Assembly (NCBI GenBank): GCA_028713005.1
Contig: JAQTPC010000004.1
Coordinates: forward strand, 2,745 to 66,744
Reading direction: 5' to 3'
Origin: Minisyncoccota bacterium
GTDB lineage: Bacteria > Patescibacteriota > Minisyncoccia > Phycocordibacterales > PALSA-1337
Length of the DNA stretch: 64,000 nucleotides
A program made the position numbers and the translations under genes. The notes under the pieces were generated by a model, which ran no database searches, was not told the origin of the DNA, and saw only the letters and a program-made list of their open reading frames with translations. Positions 57,273 to 64,000 of this stretch are shown here, piece by piece (positions within the stretch are counted from its first letter, which is position 1; each line of letters starts with the position of its first letter).

Positions 57273-58703
57273 TTAAATGGTTCCAGTTGTTTCTGATGAA
57301 AAACTACTACTTAAGGTGAACTTAGTCAACAGTTTATACAATTTAAACTTAATCACGAAAAACACCACATAAAACCCAACTACCCACCAGCCTGAAAACT
57401 GCGGAAATGTCAGTGACGCATATGGCACTCGAGCAAAACTCTCAACAATGAACAGTTCATACGTGAGGAGAAGGTGTGCGCCCCACGCACATATTTGTGA
57501 AACAACTGAAGATATGAGACCGAGCGCACCGGTAAGGAAGACGGCAAGCATTGTAAGCGGTATAAATGGCAATACAAGAATATTTGCGACCACTCCTATG
57601 ATCGAGATCTGTCCCATCATATATAGTATAAAGGGTGAAACGAATATTTGAGTGGCGAACGTAGCAGCAAATATTCCACGCATACCGAACTTTTCTGGCA
57701 CAAAATAAAATACTTTTTCGAGCGGTGTTGCAAGAAGTATGAGTCCGAGCGTTGCCAGAAATGAAAGTTGAAATGAGGGATCATGCAGGAGAATTAGTGG
57801 ATTTTGTATGAGCATGAGGCAACCAGCAAATAGTAATGCTCGAGCTACATGATAATCTCTACGAATGATATTTGCCCCAAGTGCTATGCTCGCCATGAAA
57901 CAAGAACGCACCACAGTTGCGCCACCACCTACAAGTACGCCGAACAAAATCATACCGATACCTCCAATCACGATACCCCATAATCTAGGTAAGCGTGCGA
58001 GAAGTCGACGCAAAGCATCTGCAACTATGGTGATATTGAATCCTGAAAGTACTACGATATGAATGAGCCCAACAGTCCGAAAATCATTGAGTAAATCTTT
58101 TCCGAGGGCACTTTTTTCTCCGACCACTAGACCTGCGGCCAAAGCTGAATGTGGTTCACCAAGAGTTTGGTTTAGGTTATTTACAAAACTTCTTTTTATT
58201 TTATACAGTACTGAAGTTATCCATTGTGATACTCCTGCAACATTCGCATTCTCATTTGCATCGCTTATGACCTGTGCACTCTTTATCTCGTAAAAAATAT
58301 CTTCTTTTGCAAGATACCCTTTGTAGTCAAAAGCTCGACCTGTATTACTTTTAAAATTAAATGGCGCGGACAGATTACCTGAAAAATAAATCTGATCCGC
58401 ATAATGAAACCGGGGATATAATTTTGTTTTCATTCGAATCAAAATATTTCCGGAACATGTTTCAACCTTTGCAGTATCATCTATAGATGAACTTAATTGA
58501 TCCAAAGAAATATTCTGCGCTTTCACTACAAGCACCTGGCCACTCTCAGAAAATGAAGGATCTTTCACTATAGTTCCATATCCATAAACAGTATGTTTTA
58601 AACAGGAACCAATATCAGAAATATATTGGTGTAGTGATAACGATACTCGAAGTCCTGCAAGACCAATAATGATTGTCCAAAATATAATAACTCGTTTATT
58701 CAC
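57273..58703 (-). CDS. comEC: ComEC/Rec2 membrane DNA-uptake channel (N-terminal OB plus Competence domain)
   Basis: FDYKGYL, GLIHIVVLSGFN, SFQLSFLAT. Confidence 0.93.
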   Translation of the reverse strand: MNKRVIIFWTIIIGLAGLRVSLSLHQYISDIGSCLKHTVYGYGTIVKDPSFSESGQVLVVKAQNISLDQLSSSIDDTAKVETCSGNILIRMKTKLYPRFHYADQIYFSGNLSAPFNFKSNTGRAFDYKGYLAKEDIFYEIKSAQVISDANENANVAGVSQWITSVLYKIKRSFVNNLNQTLGEPHSALAAGLVVGEKSALGKDLLNDFRTVGLIHIVVLSGFNITIVADALRRLLARLPRLWGIVIGGIGMILFGVLVGGGATVVRSCFMASIALGANIIRRDYHVARALLFAGCLMLIQNPLILLHDPSFQLSFLATLGLILLATPLEKVFYFVPEKFGMRGIFAATFATQIFVSPFILYMMGQISIIGVVANILVLPFIPLTMLAVFLTGALGLISSVVSQICAWGAHLLLTYELFIVESFARVPYASLTFPQFSGWWVVGFYVVFFVIKFKLYKLLTKFTLSSSFSSETTGTI

Positions 58704-58773
58704 AACGAGTCATAGTACAACTGCAAAATAAATTTTTGATGAAATAATAATCAAGAACCGATGAAGGAATTTC

Positions 58774-58788
58774 CTAGGTCCGACCTAG
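58774..58788. repeat. CTAGGTCCGACCTAG palindrome, copy 3 (supplies the rnhA stop codon)
   Basis: Identical 15-mer; the rnhA TAG lies at 58785-58787. Confidence 0.85.
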
Positions 58789-59504
58789 AAGGCGCTGAAC
58801 TCGCGAATAATACTCGCCTCATCTTCTCTGCTCAATGATTTTCTGTAACGTGTACCTTTTACGCCCTTTACCCTCTTTTCACACTCTGCCCATGTCTTAT
58901 GTGTCTCGATAACTCCGCCAACCATACTGATATATGAATAGGCTTTTGCGCTCGACTTTAATGAACTCGATTTTTTCTTTTTTAAATCCGCTTCATTATG
59001 TGAAACATTAAGAATATCAGGTAGATCATATTGAGAGAGTGCTCCTTTGTAGAGTTTAGTATCCTGTCCATCAGCAAAGCTTGTTGCTATATGATCACAA
59101 CGTTCATTGCCGAGGATGCCGATATGACCGCCGACATATTTCCATTCAACTTTTCTACCTGCAACACATGCATCCAGTCTCATCCAAAGATCTTTGTTGA
59201 GTACATCTTCTTTTGCTTTGGTGATCCACTTATTTTTCTTCCAGCCATGGATCCATTTGGTGATGCCATTGATCACATATGACGAGTCAGTGTGAACTAA
59301 AATATGAGAATCTTTTGCTGTAGATGAGATACCCTCAACACATGCCGTGAGTTCCATTCTGTTATTTGTCGTATGTTTTTCATCTCCACCTAGTTCGTTA
59401 ACCTGATCACCCGCAACTACAACAGATCCCCATCCCCCAGGACCAGGATTGCCTCTCGATGAGCCATCGGTAAAGATCGTTATTTTTGTTTCAGTGTTAT
59501 TCAT
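58785..59504 (-). CDS. rnhA: Ribonuclease HI with C-terminal viroplasmin-like hybrid-binding domain
   Basis: TDGSSRGNPGPGGWG, TTNNRMEL, TDSSY, GNERCD; TWAECEKRVKG. Confidence 0.95.
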   Translation of the reverse strand: MNNTETKITIFTDGSSRGNPGPGGWGSVVVAGDQVNELGGDEKHTTNNRMELTACVEGISSTAKDSHILVHTDSSYVINGITKWIHGWKKNKWITKAKEDVLNKDLWMRLDACVAGRKVEWKYVGGHIGILGNERCDHIATSFADGQDTKLYKGALSQYDLPDILNVSHNEADLKKKKSSSLKSSAKAYSYISMVGGVIETHKTWAECEKRVKGVKGTRYRKSLSREDEASIIREFSAF

Positions 59505-59596
59505 GGGTATTGCTTATGGGTACTATTTTAGCATATCAGTATTAGGTAAATAAAAAGCGCACCAACCGGAGCTGGTGCGTTGTGATTAAGAAACTA

Positions 59597-60220
59597 TCAG
59601 TGATTTTTAGTGTCACTAGACGGAGATCCTGTGCGCCTAGAGATAAGTAGCAACTGTTCAATCGCATCTGAGCGCAGTCTGGCTACGCTCGCGATCATTG
59701 ATTCACGACTCGAAATAGAACCTTTCGTCCATTCATCAATAGCTGACCAAAAGACAATGCTAAAATCTTCCGCCGGCTTGACGACGGCATAGAATTCGTC
59801 ATCCTTGCCACTCAAGGAATTAATCTCAGACTTCCAACAATCAAAATAGGATTCTTCGTGAGGTGACACTGGACGAAACCAGGACCGTTGAAAATACCAA
59901 AGACCATATGTCCCACCCATCTCCGAAAGCTTGAGAAGAAATTGTTCAATGTAGATATGGTCAACCTTTCCATCTAAGCTTCTTCCTGAATTGACCAGGA
60001 TTGGAAAAGCAAAAACTCGATCCTTCACCGAAAAACTTAATGGTGCACGAATCGCACCATCGTAAAATCTCAAGTGACGGTTGACCCCTTCAATCTCCAC
60101 CGTAGGATTATTTAATATGCTGATATATTCCCGAAACGGTTTAAACGGAAGCACCTTGAGGTGAGGACGAATCATTTCACCGGCTTTTTCTAATGAGAAC
60201 TTGGACGTATCCTTACTCAT
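59597..60220 (-). CDS. Orphan hypothetical protein
   Basis: 207-aa ORF with TTGACT-16-TAGTCT upstream and a terminator at about 59552-59582. Confidence 0.6.
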   Translation of the reverse strand: MSKDTSKFSLEKAGEMIRPHLKVLPFKPFREYISILNNPTVEIEGVNRHLRFYDGAIRAPLSFSVKDRVFAFPILVNSGRSLDGKVDHIYIEQFLLKLSEMGGTYGLWYFQRSWFRPVSPHEESYFDCWKSEINSLSGKDDEFYAVVKPAEDFSIVFWSAIDEWTKGSISSRESMIASVARLRSDAIEQLLLISRRTGSPSSDTKNH

Positions 60221-60335
60221 AACTTTATTCTTTCTCTTTTATTTGTTTGTGATGTTCATCATGGTTATCGAGGCGTACCCCTCAAACCAGAACCTGTTCA
60301 CAGACTACTCTTTTGAAAAGATAAGTCAAACCACC

Positions 60336-62156
60336 TTAAACAATATCAACAATCCTCAATCGCAACTCGGTCCTTCCTGCAAAGAGTGACTTCTCGATTG
60401 AAGCAATGAGATCGATGGGTTTACCAGGCACAAAATCTTTTACCCATTGTTCATTCGCCCCAAAGAAAGAAATAGCAGGAATCTTTTGACCATTTGATTT
60501 GGCAAAGCTTACTTCGACATGCTCTTTTGTTTTACCAAATATCTTGAGCGCAACGGGGGCAACTTTCTTGAAGAGAAAAACGGGCTTTGGATTATCCATG
60601 CCAAAAGGAGCGAGCTTGGCAATGTCGTTATACAAAGTCCAATTCAACTCATCCATCGAAAGTTCCATGTCGATCATTTCATCATCTGATAAAGTATTCA
60701 TTCCTCGTGACTCCTGATTTGTTTCTTGTATCTTGGTTTTTGTATCTTGGATTTTCTTCTGTGCTTCATTCAAATGCGTATCAAGGAAATGCACCTGCTC
60801 TTTGGTTACTTCAAATCCGCCCGAATGCTTGTGTCCTCCGTATTTAATGAAGACTCCTTCTGGCACACCGCGCATAATCTCGACAACGCTCGATACTCCC
60901 TCTGAACGACATGATCCTTTGAGCATACCGTCGCCATCACGGCCCCAGAGAAAAACAGGACGTCTCAATTGTTCTGCACACGTATTTGCGACAAGCCCGA
61001 GGAGTGATGGTCGCCATTCTGGATTACCGAGAACAATCGCAGCTGGAAGCAGTGACTCATCAGCACCATATCGATCATGCAAAATCTTTTTTATCTCTTT
61101 CGAGAGTGCTGCAACTACGCCTTTGCGTTCATTATTAATAGTATCCAAATGATCAGCGTATGTTCGTGCATCTTCGTCAGTTTGTGCTGACAATAGACTA
61201 AACGCATCCATTGGCAAACCCATGCGAGAAGCCGCATTGATACGTGGTGTGATCATGAAACCAATATCATCTTCAGTGAGATGCTTCTGGGGAATTTTTA
61301 GTTTTTCCAAAAGTCGTATGAGGCCTTTGCGGGGACTTTGACGCAAGACATTCAGTCCATAGTATGCAAAAACTCTATTCTCCCCTTTGAGAGAAACCAT
61401 ATCAGAAAGCGTAGCAATGCCGACCATATCAAGTAACCATTTTTCATGTCCTTCTTTCCAACCATTTTTTAAAATTGTTTGCGTTTCATTCGCGTCATTC
61501 GCATGCATTTGTAATTTGCATCGCTCTTTCTCTTTCTTTATAACCGCTTGAATAAGCTTGTACGCCACCCCAGACCCACAAAGATTCTTGTCCGGATACA
61601 GACAATCATTTTGTTTATGATCAATGATAGCGAAAGCGGGTGGCAAGAACGCCGGCGGTTCATGATGATCGGTAATGATAACTTCTATCCCCTTCTCAAC
61701 AGCACGCTCAACAGGTTTCACATCAGTGATGCCACAATCGAGAGTAATGAGTAGTTTCACTCCTTCACCGGCAAGTTGTTCAATCGCTTCAAGATTGAGT
61801 CCGAACCCTTCATTATGGCGATGCGGAATATATATAGAAAAATTCTTGTACCCAATACGTGTAAAAAAATCATTCCAAATGACAGCACCAGGGATGCCAT
61901 CAGCATCATAGTCTGAGTACACTGCTATACGTTCATCCTTTTGTATCGCGGTGATAATTCGTAAAGCGGATTTTTCCGCATCTTTCAAAAGAAAAGGATC
62001 ATGAGTGTGTAAATCATAGTCAGGTAAAATGAAAGCTTGAGCATCGGCAGCATCAGTAAAACCACGATGAAAGAGTATGTGCGAGAGTACCGGAGAAAAA
62101 GCGGCAAGCTTTGTCTGCTCGTCGTTGGTGATACTGCGTCGGATAGCGTACGGCAT
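60336..62156 (-). CDS. recJ: Single-stranded DNA exonuclease RecJ
   Basis: DYDADG, TLDCG, TDHH, PRINAASR, GGH, LAPFG..NP. Confidence 0.97.
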   Translation of the reverse strand: MPYAIRRSITNDEQTKLAAFSPVLSHILFHRGFTDAADAQAFILPDYDLHTHDPFLLKDAEKSALRIITAIQKDERIAVYSDYDADGIPGAVIWNDFFTRIGYKNFSIYIPHRHNEGFGLNLEAIEQLAGEGVKLLITLDCGITDVKPVERAVEKGIEVIITDHHEPPAFLPPAFAIIDHKQNDCLYPDKNLCGSGVAYKLIQAVIKKEKERCKLQMHANDANETQTILKNGWKEGHEKWLLDMVGIATLSDMVSLKGENRVFAYYGLNVLRQSPRKGLIRLLEKLKIPQKHLTEDDIGFMITPRINAASRMGLPMDAFSLLSAQTDEDARTYADHLDTINNERKGVVAALSKEIKKILHDRYGADESLLPAAIVLGNPEWRPSLLGLVANTCAEQLRRPVFLWGRDGDGMLKGSCRSEGVSSVVEIMRGVPEGVFIKYGGHKHSGGFEVTKEQVHFLDTHLNEAQKKIQDTKTKIQETNQESRGMNTLSDDEMIDMELSMDELNWTLYNDIAKLAPFGMDNPKPVFLFKKVAPVALKIFGKTKEHVEVSFAKSNGQKIPAISFFGANEQWVKDFVPGKPIDLIASIEKSLFAGRTELRLRIVDIV

Positions 62157-62271
62157 AGAAAAAAGTATAGCATGTAGGTTTTTTTCACCGCATTGACGAA
62201 GCGTGATTTAATGCGTCATTTATTTGACAAATGGATAAAAAGTGTTATGTTTTCTGCTGGATTACTTATTT

Positions 62272-62784
62272 ATGAACATTCCCATAACATATCGCGGAGG
62301 GTCAAAGGAGGCCCAACCGCATATCACTCAAGCCATTGAAGCACTGCCATCACATTGGAGTGAGGCAGTTCCCCCTCGGACAAGCATCGAGATCGTATCG
62401 CGCGAGCGACTACCCCATGTCGAAAATACGTGGGGCAAAACAAGCACTGTGCCGCGCTTTTGGTTTGTTAAGATGGTGAGCACTGAGCAGTTCCAGCCCA
62501 TCCGTATTTGCATCTGTCTACAGAAGATGCCGGATAAAGAGTATGCGCGTCTTTTCAAACGCGACATCCTCACAGGTATTCTGCTCAGCACCTTTACTCA
62601 AAAGCACATATACAATACCGTCAAAGAAACGCTCGACGAGTGGGTGCCTATGCGATATCAGATGGGTGCAGTAGTTGCAGAAGATCTCGCCTCATTGATC
62701 CTTGATCCCGAAGCTAACCCTCGCCTCGAACGCTTCGATAAAGAGCTGACAAAAAAGCTCAGAGAGCTTATTGCGGCAACGTAA
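62272..62784 (+). CDS. Orphan hypothetical protein
   Basis: ORF with TTGACA..TATGTT upstream and a terminator after the stop; start at MNIPIT. Confidence 0.6.
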   Translation: MNIPITYRGGSKEAQPHITQAIEALPSHWSEAVPPRTSIEIVSRERLPHVENTWGKTSTVPRFWFVKMVSTEQFQPIRICICLQKMPDKEYARLFKRDILTGILLSTFTQKHIYNTVKETLDEWVPMRYQMGAVVAEDLASLILDPEANPRLERFDKELTKKLRELIAAT

Positions 62785-62856
62785 TTACAGACAGTCTTCA
62801 TCATTTGGTGAAGACTGTTTTTTATTTTGTTAATTTTCTTATGTTAAAATAACCCT

Positions 62857-63231
62857 ATGAATATAACTGATGACAACTGCATCTTCTGTAAAATAGTCAA
62901 AAAAGAAATTCCAGCGCATATAGTCTATGAGGACGATTCTTTTCTTGCTTTTCTTGATATCCGCCCTATATCTCCGGGACATACGCTCATTATTCCGAAA
63001 GATCATTACCGTTGGGTATGGGATGTACCTGAGCTTGGCTCGTATTTTGAAGTTGCGGGAAAGATTGCAAAGGCACAACAAAAATCATTTGGACAACAGA
63101 TGGTGCAGAGCAAAATCATTGGCGAAGAAGTACCTCATGCTCATATCTGGATATACCCTGCCGAAGGGACACCTGGTGACAAAAAAGATTTTGAGGCGAA
63201 TGCGGAAAAAATTCGAGATTATTTGAAATAA
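62857..63231 (+). CDS. HIT family hydrolase
   Basis: CIFCKI, GHTLIIPK, VPHAHIW. Confidence 0.92.
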   Translation: MNITDDNCIFCKIVKKEIPAHIVYEDDSFLAFLDIRPISPGHTLIIPKDHYRWVWDVPELGSYFEVAGKIAKAQQKSFGQQMVQSKIIGEEVPHAHIWIYPAEGTPGDKKDFEANAEKIRDYLK

Positions 63232-63259
63232 AAAGCACCCATACACGGGTGCTTTTTAT

Positions 63260-64000
63260 TTAAGCCTTACTATCATTTAGGGCTTCAATACCAGGCAGAG
63301 TTCCTTGGGCTAGAAAATCAAGCATTGCTCCACCGCCCGTTGAAACAAAAGTAAACTTATCTTCTATGCCAAGTTTCGATATCGCTGACAATGTATCCCC
63401 TCCTCCAATCATTGATGTAGCACCGGCAGTCGTTCGTTCAGCCACCATCTCAGCGAGTTTAATTGTCGCCTCAGTAAATCCTTTTTAAAAAAGACCAAGG
63501 GGTCCGTTCCAGAGTATGAACTGGGCACTATCGATCCTTTTCTTTAGCTCAACCATGGTCTTTGGTCCTGCATCATATATTGCATCAAAATTTCCGACTT
63601 CGCTTGCACCTTTGACTGAATGATCCTGAATAATTACATCAGCAGGAATACTTACTTGAGCCTGACTGACTACGCTCGATATATTCATGTCACCTTTTGA
63701 AACCTTCGACATGCCAACATTGAATCCTTTTGCTTTGAGGGCGTCATTGGCCAGCGCGCCACCAATGAAGATCGTATCCGCGGTCTGCAAAAACTTATGT
63801 ATCAGAGGAAGTTTGGTATCAAATTTTGCACCACCAAGGATAAAGAGGAATGGGTGAGCGGGATTGAACGCTGCGCTCAGGTTCTCTACTTCTTTCTGAA
63901 GCTGAAGACCTGCATAACTCGGCAAAAACTGCGTGATAGCACATACAGATGCATGTTCGCGATGTGAGACCGAAAAAGCATCATTTACATATATATCTGC
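63260..64000 (-). pseudogene. pgk: Phosphoglycerate kinase (partial) with an in-frame TAA at 63485-63487
   Basis: NDAFSVSHR, GGAK, GGALAN, WNGPLGLF*KGF, GGGDT, STGGGA all in one frame. Confidence 0.85.

Noticed and set aside
63449-63490. Programmed frameshift in pgk at the T6/A5 run
   Set aside because: Both ORF pieces are in the same frame, so the lesion is a stop codon, not a shift

Overview
A 64 kb chromosomal segment of a Patescibacteria/CPR bacterium, most likely Parcubacteria. The evidence is no rpmD/uL30 between rpsE and rplO, standard genetic code 11, and CPR-type surface and pilin-fusion proteins. It carries the str-S10-spc ribosomal cluster on the minus strand, broken five times by accessory inserts and restarted by new sigma70-like promoters. 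It also carries infC-rpmI-rplT, tyrS, ftsH, smpB with tmRNA, recG, mutY, recJ, rnhA, a split comEC, comF, pilM (partial) and pgk (partial, with an in-frame TAA). RNA features read directly from the sequence are three tRNAs, two with rare anticodons (Ser-ACT beside Ser-GCT, and Ile-TAT), tmRNA with a 19-aa tag ending -ALV, a SAM-I riboswitch, and a stand-alone 6S-like RNA. The strongest novel signals are: (i) a possibly remodelled decoding apparatus (A34/U34 tRNAs, uS12 lacking the conserved Pro of KDLPG, EF-Tu with a replaced switch I); (ii) three separate translation-initiation signatures (leaderless, TACTACT/Kozak-like, and SD confined to orphan cassettes); (iii) a structured palindromic element read in-frame inside comF, plus heptamer arrays and AGG-N5-CCT palindromes; (iv) a leader-peptide attenuator. 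No CRISPR array, rRNA, integrase or transposase was seen. All calls come from reading by eye; no searches were run.
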